This document shows, piece after piece, positions 17,102-27,263 of a stretch of DNA of 64,000 bases. Positions within the stretch are counted from its first letter, which is position 1, and every line of letters starts with the position of its first letter. Source of the stretch: an uncultured Candidatus Saccharibacteria bacterium. GTDB lineage: Bacteria; Patescibacteriota; Minisyncoccia; Phycocordibacterales; SBAW01. The stretch spans positions 479,090 through 543,089 of the forward strand of contig CAZMIU010000001.1 in the NCBI GenBank assembly GCA_964566795.1, written 5' to 3'. The translations under genes were made by a program, and so were the position numbers. Under the pieces are notes generated by a model. It did no database searches, was not told where the DNA came from, and was given only the letters and a program-made list of their open reading frames with translations.

Positions 17102-18362
17102 GCCGGTCCCTCCGGCGCCCGTGCCCGCACCTGCACCGGCTGTGCCTCAGGTACCCACGCCGCCCGCGCCACAACCCCAAGGCGGCGCATCAAGCCATGT
17201 TGATTTAGGCAAAATCATGCTCCCTAAAAAGGAGACCCCCGGGCAAACTACCCAAAGCGCACAGCGCGTAAATGCGGGACTCCTGTTTGAGCAGGAGCAG
17301 CAGGCATCCCTCACTCAGGAGCCTAAGGCCGCGCCGGCACCGGCAGTACCGACTCCTGCTCCCAAAAAAGAACAGCCACTGGTCAAGCCATTGCAGACCT
17401 ATAAGGGCGACATTGAGAGCCTGGTGGGCCAAAACCAGGTCTCCGTTGTTTCTATAGCAGCGGCAGAGGCAGAGCGCCGCGGCGCAGAGCCGCTCAACCC
17501 CGAGCAGAAATCGCCCGGCGAGGAGACAGGCCCCAGTTGGGTTAGGCAGGCCGCTATCATAGGCGCCAGCGTTGTGCTCCTGGGGGGCGCGCTTGGTGTC
17601 GGCGCCTACATATATATCCGTATGCAGCCGGTACCTCTGGCGCAGCAGCAGCCGGCTCCATTTGCGGCAGTAGACGAGACAAGTACTGTTGAGATGCGCC
17701 CTGGCATGACGCGAGCCGAGCTCATGCAGACACTTGTTAACGCAAAAAATGACATCACCCTCTCGCTTGGGCTGGTGGGCAGGCTTTTGGTGGCAAAACC
17801 AGGGCCAGCCAACGACGGCACCATGACCGAGGTGGGTGCTCCCGAGTTTTTGCAGACACTTGCACCCTCTATACCGGCCGAGCTGGTGCGCACGCTCGAG
17901 CCGCGCATGCTGCTTGGGGTACACAGCTTTGATGAGAATCAGGCCTTTGTGCTACTCAAGACAGATTCCTACGATGTAGCCTACCGCGGCATGCTGGCGT
18001 GGGAGGCAACCATGCGGGGCGACCTCTCGCCCCTGTTTGTACGCACGCCGCCGGTGCGCCCCCGCGCAGTCCCGCCACCATCTGCACCGGCAGCAAGCTC
18101 CACCGCAACTTCAACCGCAAGTACGACTCCTGCGGTGCCTGAACCTGTGTTGCCGGCCACATTCTTTGCTGGCAATTTTATAGACCAGATTGTGGAGAAT
18201 CATGACGCGCGCGTGGTGCTAAACCAAGACGGCGATGTCCTGCTGTTGTGGACCTTCTTGGACCGCTCCACCATTGTTGTTACGACCAACCCCCAGACCC
18301 TGCGCGAGCTCATATCGCGCGTGTCGCAGGCAAGTATCCTGACCCTGCCCGCGGGCAACTAG
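17052..18362 (+). CDS. proline-rich membrane-anchored hypothetical protein (single TM near residue 180)
   Basis: The ORF overlaps the 3' end of pnp in another frame. The track's start is TTG 17019, the first ATG is 17052, and the next is 17217. Pro-rich N-terminus, TM helix AAIIGASVVLLGGALGVGAYIYI. Confidence 0.55.
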   Translation: MPPQTPDPHAAPTPPPKPVPPAPVPAPAPAVPQVPTPPAPQPQGGASSHVDLGKIMLPKKETPGQTTQSAQRVNAGLLFEQEQQASLTQEPKAAPAPAVPTPAPKKEQPLVKPLQTYKGDIESLVGQNQVSVVSIAAAEAERRGAEPLNPEQKSPGEETGPSWVRQAAIIGASVVLLGGALGVGAYIYIRMQPVPLAQQQPAPFAAVDETSTVEMRPGMTRAELMQTLVNAKNDITLSLGLVGRLLVAKPGPANDGTMTEVGAPEFLQTLAPSIPAELVRTLEPRMLLGVHSFDENQAFVLLKTDSYDVAYRGMLAWEATMRGDLSPLFVRTPPVRPRAVPPPSAPAASSTATSTASTTPAVPEPVLPATFFAGNFIDQIVENHDARVVLNQDGDVLLLWTFLDRSTIVVTTNPQTLRELISRVSQASILTLPAGN

Positions 18363-18393
18363 CACCATAGGATGGGTACGGTATACTGTGCCC

Positions 18394-18744
18394 ATGGACA
18401 CAGAGAATTTTATAATAAAGCTCAAAGAGGAGCAGGATTTGCTTATCAAGCAGCTTGGCGATATTGCGGTAGAGAATGACAACGGCACGTGGAGCGTTAA
18501 GGCGCCGGAGATGGATGTTATGAGCCCTATAGCCGAGCCCAACGAGGCTGCAGACAAACTTGAGGAGATAGACGAGCGCGAGGAGGAGGTAGTAACCCTG
18601 GGTGCCCGCCTGAGCGAGGTACGCCGCGCACTCCAGTCTTTTGATGAGGGGACCTACGGTATCTGCGAGGTATGCCAAAAGCACATTGAGGAGGAACGCC
18701 TGGAGGCCAACCCGGCCGCCCGCACCTGTGTTGAGCACATGTAA
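18394..18744 (+). CDS. DksA/TraR-family C4 zinc-finger protein
   Basis: C-terminal CEVCQKHI...ARTCVEH zinc finger and an acidic coiled-coil. Confidence 0.75.
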   Translation: MDTENFIIKLKEEQDLLIKQLGDIAVENDNGTWSVKAPEMDVMSPIAEPNEAADKLEEIDEREEEVVTLGARLSEVRRALQSFDEGTYGICEVCQKHIEEERLEANPAARTCVEHM

Positions 18745-18780
18745 AGAAAAAGCCCCGGCATTCGCCGGGGCTTTTTTGTT
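18745..18780. terminator. bidirectional intrinsic terminator
   Basis: agccccggcattcgccggggct flanked by an A-run and a T-run. Confidence 0.8.
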
Positions 18781-18964
18781 AGCGACCAAAGGAGCGGTAG
18801 GACATGTAGTCCGAAGCAGGGGCGTGCCTGCGAGAAAACGCGGTGCGCTCATGCGTCGTGCGCGCAATACCGGAGTGGGGTCTGTTGTAGCCAAAAGACT
18901 GAGCGGCGCCATAGAGCAGTAATGCCACAACAAGAGCCGACCCATAAAACAGTGCTGACTTCAT
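18779..18964 (-). CDS. small secreted or membrane protein (61 aa)
   Basis: SD GAGGA 6 nt before ATG. N-terminal hydrophobic signal MKSALFYGSALVVALLLYGAAQS. Confidence 0.45.
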   Translation of the reverse strand: MKSALFYGSALVVALLLYGAAQSFGYNRPHSGIARTTHERTAFSRRHAPASDYMSYRSFGR

Positions 18965-19070
18965 TACACGTCCTCATATGTACTGGATAACTTAGACGAC
19001 CGTACCACAATGGGTGTCAATACACAAAAAGCTATGCAGCCGCTTGTTGCTCTGGTAAGGTGGATGCGCT

Positions 19071-20630
19071 ATGCAATACGCCAAAGTACACGGCGCACAA
19101 ACCTCGCTCCTTTCTCCGTACATCGTTTCTATCGAGACAGACCTATCGCGGGGGCTCCACAGCTTTACGGTTGTCGGCCTCCCCGACAAGGCTGTCGAGG
19201 AGGCGCGCGACCGCGTCTCTGCAGCAATCAAGCACTCGGGGTTTGAAAGCCCAAAACAACGCAACCAAAAAATAGTCGTCTCGCTCTCACCGGCAGATCT
19301 AAAAAAAGAGGGGCCGATGTTTGACCTGCCTATGGCGCTCTCCTACCTTTTGGCAGCAGGGGACATACGCTTTAACCCCGAGCCGTATCTATTTGTGGGC
19401 GAGCTGTCTCTAGATGGCGCGCTACAACCGGTGCGCGGCGTGTTGCCTCTTGTGGCAGAAGCCAAGAGGCGCGGCAAGCAGGCAGTGTTTGTACCCAAGG
19501 CCAACCAAAAAGAAGCAGCACTTGTCGGCGGCATCGGGGTATACGGTGCAGACTCCCTGATGGAGGTTGTAGACTTCTTAAACGAGAAAAAGACATTTGA
19601 GGCAAAGCACCGCAAGGCCCGCAGCACACTTGCACGCACAGAACAGACAAAGCTCACGCCAGACTTTGGCGAGGCACAGTTTGCCTTTGAGGACATACGC
19701 GGGCAGGAGTCGGCCAAGCGCGCCGCTATTATTGCGGCCGCAGGCGGGCACAACCTGGGGCTCTCGGGCCCGCCAGGCACGGGCAAGACCATGCTCGCGC
19801 GTGCGCTCGCCTCTATTTTGCCGCCGCTTAACTTTGAGGACATGCTCGAGGTCAATGGCATACACTCTGTGGCCGGCACATTGCGTGCGGGCATCATGAC
19901 TGTACCGCCGTTTCGCTCACCGCATCACACCTCGAGCTATGTCTCGATTGTGGGCGGCGGCGCCACACCGCGCCCGGGGGAGGCAACCTTGGCGCATAAG
20001 GGCGTGCTCTTTCTGGACGAGTTCCCGGAGTTTGAGAGGCGCGTTATCGAGGCGCTGCGCCAGCCCATGGAGGACAGGGTGATAAGCGTTGCGCGCGCCA
20101 AGGGCACGGCGCAGTTTCCGGCGCGCTTTACGCTCGTTGCCGCGATGAACCCGTGCCCGTGCGGCAATTATGGGCATCCGGAAATTGCCTGCACCTGCAG
20201 CCCATTTGCGCTTGAGAAATATAAAAAGAAAATATCGGGGCCCATTGCCGACCGCATAGACCTCTGGTGCACGATGGGACCTATCGAGCTTGGCGAGTTG
20301 GGCAAAAGAAAAAAGGAGGGGACAGAGACACGCGTTGCGCGCGAAAAGGTACTTAAAGCCCGCGCCGCACAAAAGGGCCGGTTTATCCACACTAAAAACC
20401 CTGGCAAAACAAACAGCGAACTTAGCCCGCGCGAGATAGACGAACTTATCCCGCTCACCGCGAGCGTGCGCTCAACGCTCGAGAAAGCTGCGACGCGTTT
20501 GGCGCTCTCTCCGCGCGCATACCACCGCGTGATAAAAGTTGCGCGCACAATAGCCGACCTCGACGACTCTCCAGACATCAACGACTCGCACATTTTGGAA
20601 GCCCTGCAATACCGCGAACGCAAGAACTAA
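19071..20630 (+). CDS. comM: YifB/ComM-family Mg-chelatase-like AAA+ ATPase
   Basis: N-terminal Lon-like ChlI domain, Walker A GPPGTGKTMLA, C-terminal Mg_chelatase_C. Confidence 0.92.
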   Translation: MQYAKVHGAQTSLLSPYIVSIETDLSRGLHSFTVVGLPDKAVEEARDRVSAAIKHSGFESPKQRNQKIVVSLSPADLKKEGPMFDLPMALSYLLAAGDIRFNPEPYLFVGELSLDGALQPVRGVLPLVAEAKRRGKQAVFVPKANQKEAALVGGIGVYGADSLMEVVDFLNEKKTFEAKHRKARSTLARTEQTKLTPDFGEAQFAFEDIRGQESAKRAAIIAAAGGHNLGLSGPPGTGKTMLARALASILPPLNFEDMLEVNGIHSVAGTLRAGIMTVPPFRSPHHTSSYVSIVGGGATPRPGEATLAHKGVLFLDEFPEFERRVIEALRQPMEDRVISVARAKGTAQFPARFTLVAAMNPCPCGNYGHPEIACTCSPFALEKYKKKISGPIADRIDLWCTMGPIELGELGKRKKEGTETRVAREKVLKARAAQKGRFIHTKNPGKTNSELSPREIDELIPLTASVRSTLEKAATRLALSPRAYHRVIKVARTIADLDDSPDINDSHILEALQYRERKN

Positions 20631-20673
20631 TTTGTGTACCGCAAATTTTATAAAGGCTGTATGATGCCGGCAT

Positions 20674-21303
20674 ATGGCCACGCCGCATTTTGGGGAGTCT
20701 CTAAAATTTCTTAAGAAAGATATTCATCTGGGTAGTTTTGTTATAAAACACGGCCCCATTGTGCACCGGCGCAAACACGCCGGCCACGCGTTTCAATCGC
20801 TTGCCGAGGCCATCATATTTCAGCAACTCTCGGGCAAGGCGGCCGCTACCATTTTAAAAAGGTTTAAGTCCTTGTGGCCGGGCAAAACATTCCCAACCCC
20901 CGACGATGCTTTGAAAGTTAAAACAGACAAGCTGCGCTCGGTCGGTTTGTCCGGGCAAAAGTCTGCCTACATCAAAGACCTTGCAGCCAAGTTTAAGGAC
21001 GGCACAATAAACCCCAGGCTTTTTAGCAACATGAGCGACGCAGAGATTATCGAGCACGTGGTGAGAGTCAAGGGTATTGGCGAGTGGACCGCGCAGATGT
21101 TTTTGATGTTTACACTGCACAGGCCCGATGTGTTGCCCACAGGCGACCTTGGCATACAAAAGGGATTTCAAAGGCTGTTTCACTTGCGCTCACGCCCAAG
21201 CCCTGAGCGTATGGAGAAACTCGCACGTGCCTGGGCAGGGCATCGCACACTGGCGTGCATGTATCTGTGGCGCCTCGCAGACGGGGAGGGAGACGAGTGG
21301 TGA
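20674..21303 (+). CDS. alkA: HhH-GPD DNA glycosylase (AlkA-like 3-methyladenine glycosylase II)
   Basis: VKGIGEWTAQMFLMFTLHRPDVLPTGDLGIQKG helix-hairpin-helix GPD motif with catalytic Asp. Confidence 0.75.
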   Translation: MATPHFGESLKFLKKDIHLGSFVIKHGPIVHRRKHAGHAFQSLAEAIIFQQLSGKAAATILKRFKSLWPGKTFPTPDDALKVKTDKLRSVGLSGQKSAYIKDLAAKFKDGTINPRLFSNMSDAEIIEHVVRVKGIGEWTAQMFLMFTLHRPDVLPTGDLGIQKGFQRLFHLRSRPSPERMEKLARAWAGHRTLACMYLWRLADGEGDEW

Positions 21304-21391
21304 TTTGTGTATCGGGAGAGTTACACAAGTCCTTATTTTGCAACGTTTTTTAGCGTGTTTCACAGGCGGGTATCTGGTAGGATAGCCATAT

Positions 21392-22231
21392 ATGCAAATC
21401 TTTAGGTGGGCGGTCATAGCGGTAGTATTGGTCTTTGCCATCATTGGCGCTGCGTTTGTCGGGGTGTACTTTGCCATGCAGTATGGCCTCCTCAATGTGC
21501 GCGGCTCTATCGCCGAGCGCAACGAGTTTTTTGGCACAGCATCCTCCTCGCAAAAAACTCCCTGCATTGATGCAGAGCAAAAGGCGTGTGCCTGGAACAA
21601 GACTCCGGAGTGGGAGGTGGTAAAGGGAGGGCTACAGAAAGACGCCGGGCTTATACATCGCGTCGCGATGGAGACGGGGGTTTCCGCACGCATGATCGCG
21701 ACCGTGATCGTGCCGGAGCAGACCAGGTTTTTTACATCAAACCGCGAGGTGTTTAAGCGCTACTTTGAGCCTCTTAAAATTTTAGGCTCGCTGTCACAAT
21801 TCTCGCTCGGCGTATCGGGCATCAAAGAAGAGACCGCAGACAAGATTGAGCAGTATGCAAACAACCCGGAGTCGCCGTTTTATCCGGGCGATGGGTTGAG
21901 CGCTCTGATTGCATACCCCGATGGGGTCGACCACGACAGCGAACTCTTTAACCGCCTGACCGACGCCAAGGACCATTACTACTCGCTGCTCTACACCGCG
22001 CTCTATATAAAAGAAATCGAGATGCAGTGGAAGCGCGCCGGGTTTGATATCTCCAAAAATCCTGAGGCAGTGGCGACGTTGTTTAATATCGGGTTTCAAT
22101 CATCAAACCCCAACGCCAACCCGCGCGCCGCGGGCGCAGCGATTGAGACGGGCGGCAACACCTATGTGTATGGCGAGCTGGCCGCACTCTTCTACAACTC
22201 GGACGAGCTGACGGACGTGTTCCCTAAATAG
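21392..22231 (+). CDS. hypothetical membrane-anchored protein
   Basis: N-terminal TM helix. No recognisable domain. Confidence 0.6.
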   Translation: MQIFRWAVIAVVLVFAIIGAAFVGVYFAMQYGLLNVRGSIAERNEFFGTASSSQKTPCIDAEQKACAWNKTPEWEVVKGGLQKDAGLIHRVAMETGVSARMIATVIVPEQTRFFTSNREVFKRYFEPLKILGSLSQFSLGVSGIKEETADKIEQYANNPESPFYPGDGLSALIAYPDGVDHDSELFNRLTDAKDHYYSLLYTALYIKEIEMQWKRAGFDISKNPEAVATLFNIGFQSSNPNANPRAAGAAIETGGNTYVYGELAALFYNSDELTDVFPK

Positions 22232-22257
22232 CCGAACAAATTTGTTTTTCTCCTCTA

Positions 22258-22290
22258 CGAAAAACTCCGGCATGAGCCGGAGTTTTTACT
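22258..22290. terminator. bidirectional intrinsic terminator
   Basis: aaaaactccggcatgagccggagttttt. Confidence 0.75.
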
Positions 22291-23341
22291 TGGCGAATGG
22301 GTTGGCGGCGCCGCGTACCTCAAAGTGCAGGTGGTTGCCTGTCGACTTTCCCGTGTTGCCCACCGCGCCAATCTGCTGGCCCTTTTCAACCGTGGCACCG
22401 GTGGTGGTCATGACGCGGCTCATGTGTGCGTACAGAGTTTGCGTGCCGTTCTGGTGCTGTACTACTACATAGTTGCCGTAGCCGCCGTTGTATCCGCCGT
22501 TGCTGAGCGCAACCACAACGGTGCCACCTGCCGACGCGTAGATGGGCGTACCGTTTGGCGCACCAATGTCGATGCCGTTGTAGCCGTGCACACCCTGGGT
22601 GATAACACCGCCCGCGACCGGCCATCCGTAGTAGCCCGAGATCGCCGGACCTCCCGCTGCAACTGTCGCACCAGCGCCGGTACCGGCACCTGGTTTTTTA
22701 GCGGCGACAAGCGGCTTGGCTGCGGGTGCCGATGCAAGCGTGCCGTTGGGTATCAAAATCTTGTCGCCCGCCTTGAGCGCGCCGGAGATATCATTGTGCT
22801 CAAGAATCTCAGACTCCTGTGCGTTATACTTTTTAGCCAGCGAGGCAATGGTCTCCCCGGTCTTTGCTGTGTGGTACACGCCACTTACCGGCAGGATAAC
22901 GAGCGTCTGACCCTCGTGGATAGTGCCTGTTGTGAGATCGTTGGCCCACTTGATGGTGTTTACCGACACATCAAACATATCCGCGATTGTGGAGAGGTTG
23001 TCTCCCGCACGCACAACATAGACGCTCACCGCAGATGCCGGGGCCTTGGCCTCTATGTCGACTGCCGTGCCCGAGGGCCCGTCTTGGGGTACCAGGGCAG
23101 AGTCATCTACAACACGCACATCACCGCCACCAACAGAGGGGTTGGGGTCGAGGTTGGTGGCCGGAGCCAAAAGGCGCAGCGTTTGTGAGTTTTGGGGCTG
23201 AGCTGCGGCACTTGCCTGAGGAGTAATCCTCTGAAGCAGGGCAGACAAAAAGCCAGCCGAGGCAACGGTAGGCACAAGGAGACCCCAGGACGAGCCTGCC
23301 GTCAGGAGTACATATACTGAAATCCTTTTAAACTTCTCCAT
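22286..23341 (-). CDS. LysM-domain M23 family peptidase (peptidoglycan hydrolase)
   Basis: Two LysM repeats (VRAGDNLSTIADMF..., TAKTGETIASLAKKY...) plus M23 motifs (HxxxD ... GNTGKSTGNHLHFEV). Confidence 0.88.
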   Translation of the reverse strand: MEKFKRISVYVLLTAGSSWGLLVPTVASAGFLSALLQRITPQASAAAQPQNSQTLRLLAPATNLDPNPSVGGGDVRVVDDSALVPQDGPSGTAVDIEAKAPASAVSVYVVRAGDNLSTIADMFDVSVNTIKWANDLTTGTIHEGQTLVILPVSGVYHTAKTGETIASLAKKYNAQESEILEHNDISGALKAGDKILIPNGTLASAPAAKPLVAAKKPGAGTGAGATVAAGGPAISGYYGWPVAGGVITQGVHGYNGIDIGAPNGTPIYASAGGTVVVALSNGGYNGGYGNYVVVQHQNGTQTLYAHMSRVMTTTGATVEKGQQIGAVGNTGKSTGNHLHFEVRGAANPFAK

Positions 23342-23589
23342 AAGGGGTGCCGGACCCTTGGGGGAAGGTATGGGGGTGTGTGATGCCAAAGCGGGTGTAC
23401 CGTTTTCTCCCTCTGCTGCGCTAAAAAATGGCTCTATTGAGCCATGCTTTAGCTCCTCTAGCGGTACATACTAAACTGTAGCAAGCATGAATTGTGCGTC
23501 AACAAGCAAAAATGAACTAGACCTTGTTTTTGGGGTAAAAATCATGAAAATCTCTAGGAAATAAAGGCTTTTTGGGGTACTTTAGGTAG

Positions 23590-25488
23590 ATGAACCCGCA
23601 TGCTGGATTAAACACTGCACAACAGGATGCGACTAAATCAATACATGGACCACTGTTGGTGCTGGCTGGGGCCGGCGCAGGCAAGACCAAGGTCATTGCC
23701 CACCGGATTTTGGAGATTGTAAGGCAGGGGGCGGCCCCGCAAGAGGTTCTGGCTATCACCTTTACCAACAAAGCGGCGGGGGAAATGCGCGAGAGGGTGG
23801 TCGGGCTCCTCAAAGAGCACGGTCATGGGGGCTCCGGAGCGCCATTTGTATCCACCTTTCACTCCCTGGGACTCTCTATTATTAAGGAGCATGCCAAGCT
23901 CCTCGGGTACAGGCGCGCGCCGGCTATATATGACCGGGCCGACTGCTTGAGCGAGATTAAGGCAGCGCTCAAGGCCATAGGCGAGGTTGAGTTTGAGCCC
24001 CGGATGGTCCTGGGGGCAATCTCGCGCGCCAAAGGCGACGGCCTTACACTCGGGGCCTACAGCGAGCGGGCGAGCAACTTTAGAGAGCGAGCTATTGCAA
24101 CCGCCTGGAACCTCTACGAGCAGGCGCTAAAAAAGGATGGCGCTGTAGACTTTGACGACCTTTTGCTTAAGGCGGTCGAACTGCTCACACAACACCCAGA
24201 GATCCGCGCTGCCTACCACAAGCGCTGGCGCTATGTACATATAGATGAGTATCAGGACACCAATATTATCCAGGACCGCTTGGCCGACTTGTTGGTAGGG
24301 CCGGAGCGCAACATCTGTGTGGTGGGCGACCCCGACCAGACCATTTATGGATGGCGCGGTGCCAAGATAGAAAATATTTTGCACTTTGAGCGAAAATATA
24401 AAGACGCGAAGGTAGTGACCTTGGAGGAAAACTACCGCTCGAGCAAAAATATTTTGGACGCGGCAAATAATCTTATTGCCAACAACCCAAACCGCCCCGA
24501 AAAAAACCTCAGCACATCGCGCGGACCGGGAGAGCAGCTCTCCTTATATATGGCAGGAGACGGGGGAGACGAGGCACTGTTTGTGGCACGAAAAATTGGC
24601 GAGCTCAGAGACGAGGGGGTATCGTGCGAGAACATTGCGGTGCTGTACCGCGCCAACTTCCAGTCGCGCGCCATAGAGGAGAAGTTGCTCGACAACTCTA
24701 TCCCGTATCAAGTGCTTGGCACGCGCTTTTTTGAGCGCAAGGAAGTTAAGGATGTGTTGTCATTTATACGCGCCGCTACCAGTGAGACTCCGGCCGACCT
24801 GGGCCGCGTTATAGACACCATGCCGGGTATGGGCAAGGTGACCAAGCTCAAGATTTTGTCGGGCCAAGAGTCGGCGCTGCCGGCCAAAATGCGTGAGCGT
24901 GTGTCTGGTATGCGTGCTCTGCTTAAAAAAATACAGACAAGCACGGACACCATGCCGCCATCGCAGCTGGTGCGGATGGCGGTCGTTGATAGTGGGATTG
25001 AAAAGACTCTCAAAGAGGACAAACTCGAGGGCGGCGAGCGCCTGGAGAACCTGGCCGAGCTGGTCTCCTTGGCATCGCGCTACGACAAACTCCCGCCGCC
25101 GCAGGGATTGGAGATGTTTTTGGAGAGCGCCGCACTTGCGAGCGACCAGGACGAGATTAAAGATACCGAGAGTAAAGTGCGTCTTATGACCGTGCACGCG
25201 GCCAAGGGGCTCGAGTACGCATATGTGTTTATTGTGGGGCTTGAGGAAGGGCTCTTCCCGTACTCACGCGAGGATGATGCAAAAAACAGCATCGAGGAGG
25301 AGCGCCGGCTTATGTATGTCGCCCTTACCCGTGCCAAGAAAAAGCTCTATCTCTCATTTGCTATGATGCGCACGGTGTTTGGCAACCTCGACATGCGCCA
25401 AGCCTCGTCATTTTTGGAGGAATTGCCGGGTGGGCTTATACTCGCCGAGACCCCGGAGCGGCTGGGCAAAACAATATACTTAGACTGA
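23590..25488 (+). CDS. pcrA: ATP-dependent DNA helicase UvrD/PcrA family (short, 632 aa)
   Basis: Superfamily-1 helicase motifs (AGAGAGKT, DEYQDTN, YRS, VHAAKGLEY). Confidence 0.9.
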   Translation: MNPHAGLNTAQQDATKSIHGPLLVLAGAGAGKTKVIAHRILEIVRQGAAPQEVLAITFTNKAAGEMRERVVGLLKEHGHGGSGAPFVSTFHSLGLSIIKEHAKLLGYRRAPAIYDRADCLSEIKAALKAIGEVEFEPRMVLGAISRAKGDGLTLGAYSERASNFRERAIATAWNLYEQALKKDGAVDFDDLLLKAVELLTQHPEIRAAYHKRWRYVHIDEYQDTNIIQDRLADLLVGPERNICVVGDPDQTIYGWRGAKIENILHFERKYKDAKVVTLEENYRSSKNILDAANNLIANNPNRPEKNLSTSRGPGEQLSLYMAGDGGDEALFVARKIGELRDEGVSCENIAVLYRANFQSRAIEEKLLDNSIPYQVLGTRFFERKEVKDVLSFIRAATSETPADLGRVIDTMPGMGKVTKLKILSGQESALPAKMRERVSGMRALLKKIQTSTDTMPPSQLVRMAVVDSGIEKTLKEDKLEGGERLENLAELVSLASRYDKLPPPQGLEMFLESAALASDQDEIKDTESKVRLMTVHAAKGLEYAYVFIVGLEEGLFPYSREDDAKNSIEEERRLMYVALTRAKKKLYLSFAMMRTVFGNLDMRQASSFLEELPGGLILAETPERLGKTIYLD

Positions 25489-26216
25489 TGCTTAAGAAGA
25501 AATCACTCGGGCAGCATTTTCTGAATAATAAGAGCCACCTTAACGCGGTGGCTGATGCTGCGGATATCAAAGCGGGGGAGACCGTGATAGAGATTGGCCC
25601 GGGCGAGGGCGCGCTTACAGCGGTGCTCCTGGAGAGGGGAGCCAGCGTGATAGCACTGGAGAAAGACGCGCGGCTTATAGATGTGCTCAAGGAAAAATTT
25701 AGGGGCCAGGACTTTGAGGTCATAGAGGGCGATGCGCTGGATTTCGATACAGAAGGGCACCTTCTGCATGCAGAAGGTGCCCTTCTGTCATACAAAGTGG
25801 TGGGTAATGTGCCGTACTACATTACCGGTGCTTTGTTTAAAAAGTTTTTAAGCGGCACAAAGCAACCCTCTACACTCGTATTTTTAGTGCAAAAGGAGGT
25901 CGCTGAGCGCATCGCCAAAGAAAAGAAAGAGTCCATACTCTCGCTGTCTGTTAAAGCGTACGGGCATCCGAAGTATATAAAGACAGTCCCGGCGGGAGCG
26001 TTTGTACCGCCGCCCAAGGTAGACTCGGCCATACTTCTTGTCTCTGATATCTCCCGCAAAAACTTTAAAAACAAAAAACACGAGGAGACCTTTTTCGAGC
26101 TCATTAAAAAAGCATTCGGCCAGAAGCGCAAAATGCTGCGCGCCACGATAGGTATTGACTCGAGCAAAAGGCCAGAAGACCTCTCACTCAGTGAGTGGCT
26201 CAAACTTTCTTTATAA
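25488..26216 (+). CDS. rsmA: 16S rRNA (adenine1518/1519-N6)-dimethyltransferase
   Basis: [18 protein letters not shown] and NVPYYIT motifs. ATGA overlap with the upstream gene's stop. Confidence 0.9.
   Translation: MLKKKSLGQHFLNNKSHLNAVADAADIKAGETVIEIGPGEGALTAVLLERGASVIALEKDARLIDVLKEKFRGQDFEVIEGDALDFDTEGHLLHAEGALLSYKVVGNVPYYITGALFKKFLSGTKQPSTLVFLVQKEVAERIAKEKKESILSLSVKAYGHPKYIKTVPAGAFVPPPKVDSAILLVSDISRKNFKNKKHEETFFELIKKAFGQKRKMLRATIGIDSSKRPEDLSLSEWLKLSL
25750..25787. repeat. Palindromic element copy 2: perfect 38-nt palindrome cagaagggcaccttctgcatgcagaaggtgcccttctg inside rsmA
   Basis: Seen in sequence. Shares its 17-nt arms with the copy at 124..163. In-frame, encoding [13 protein letters not shown]. 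Confidence 0.7.
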
Positions 26217-27245
26217 CGGCGTAAGTGAGGAGCCGGTTATGGGTGTGATAAGCCCGCGGCTCGGTATCGGTACACACGCAGTGCCTACATATATCCAGCA
26301 CGATGGAGTAATAGGCTCGTAAATTCCCTTAGTGGCGATCGCTGGCAGAGGGAGGTTGTGCCAATTAAATGCCTCGGTACCAAACACATAGTCGAGTGTA
26401 AGGTTGGTAGTGATATGCACCTGCGGCAGGAAAACAAACATCTGGGTTACCACTGGCGTACAGGTACACACAGGTATGACTGTTGCAACATAACCTCCAA
26501 ACGGCAACCCGAGCGCCGCCTGCGCAGTCTCGCCCACAAAGAATGTGCTGATGGTTGAGAGCGAGGTCTTAAAGAACGCCATAACCGGACCGCCCGCCTC
26601 TGCCTGCTTCTTTTTAAAGAATTCCTGCTCCTGCTCATAAAATTTGTCCAGTGTCTTTTGGGCGTCCGGAGTAATTTTGCGGATCTCCTTCTCAACTGCC
26701 GCGATCATGTCCTGAGATTCGCCGCGGTCCTTGAGACCCTTCTTTACATCTGCGATATACATTTCTATACGCTCATCCAAAGACGGCATCTTAAACGCAG
26801 ACGACACAGAGGTATCTACCTGAGCTACTGGGGCAGATGGACTGCTGGCAGTGGGGGTGTAGGAGGCCACTGAGGAGGAGGCCCCACCCACCGTGGCCGC
26901 AGACACCTTCTCCAGCTGGGCGCGGGTGGCCGGGCCCACAAAGCCGGTAGGAGCGGTCAGGCCGCCGGGAGCCAGAACCTCTTGAAAGTACTTGGCTTGG
27001 AACTTTTTAACCGCCTCAAAGGTCTTTGCACCAAAGTACGTCGTCTCCTGGCCCGGAGAGCCGGCGCCAGTCTCGGCAACTTTGGTGTCTGCGGAGGCAT
27101 TGAGCACCTGCTGGAGCGTTATCACATCAAAACCGGAGTCACCCATGCGCAGGTTGGTGCCAAAGGTGTAGGCAACCGCAGCAAAGGGTGCCATGAGAGC
27201 GCCTATCATGAGTGCTACACGAGCAACAAGAGATACCTTCTGCAT
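26211..27245 (-). CDS. secreted protein with peptidoglycan-binding (PG_binding_1-like) domain
   Basis: Signal peptide, then a [15 protein letters not shown]...[20 protein letters not shown]-binding motif. C-terminal Cys/Pro-rich region of unknown function. Confidence 0.65.
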   Translation of the reverse strand: MQKVSLVARVALMIGALMAPFAAVAYTFGTNLRMGDSGFDVITLQQVLNASADTKVAETGAGSPGQETTYFGAKTFEAVKKFQAKYFQEVLAPGGLTAPTGFVGPATRAQLEKVSAATVGGASSSVASYTPTASSPSAPVAQVDTSVSSAFKMPSLDERIEMYIADVKKGLKDRGESQDMIAAVEKEIRKITPDAQKTLDKFYEQEQEFFKKKQAEAGGPVMAFFKTSLSTISTFFVGETAQAALGLPFGGYVATVIPVCTCTPVVTQMFVFLPQVHITTNLTLDYVFGTEAFNWHNLPLPAIATKGIYEPITPSCWIYVGTACVPIPSRGLITPITGSSLTPL

Positions 27246-27263
27246 ACTTTCATTATATACTTG

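Noticed and set aside
22325-23188. 287-aa ORF on + strand inside the LysM-M23 peptidase gene
   Set aside because: Antisense to a gene with clear domain motifs; no start signals.
23430-23460. Third occurrence of the 10-mer ctctattgag (in ggctctattgagcc), shared with the cassette repeats at 3575/4090
   Set aside because: Only the 10-mer is shared. The flanks differ and it forms its own small palindrome. Probably coincidental or a minor promoter-region hairpin.
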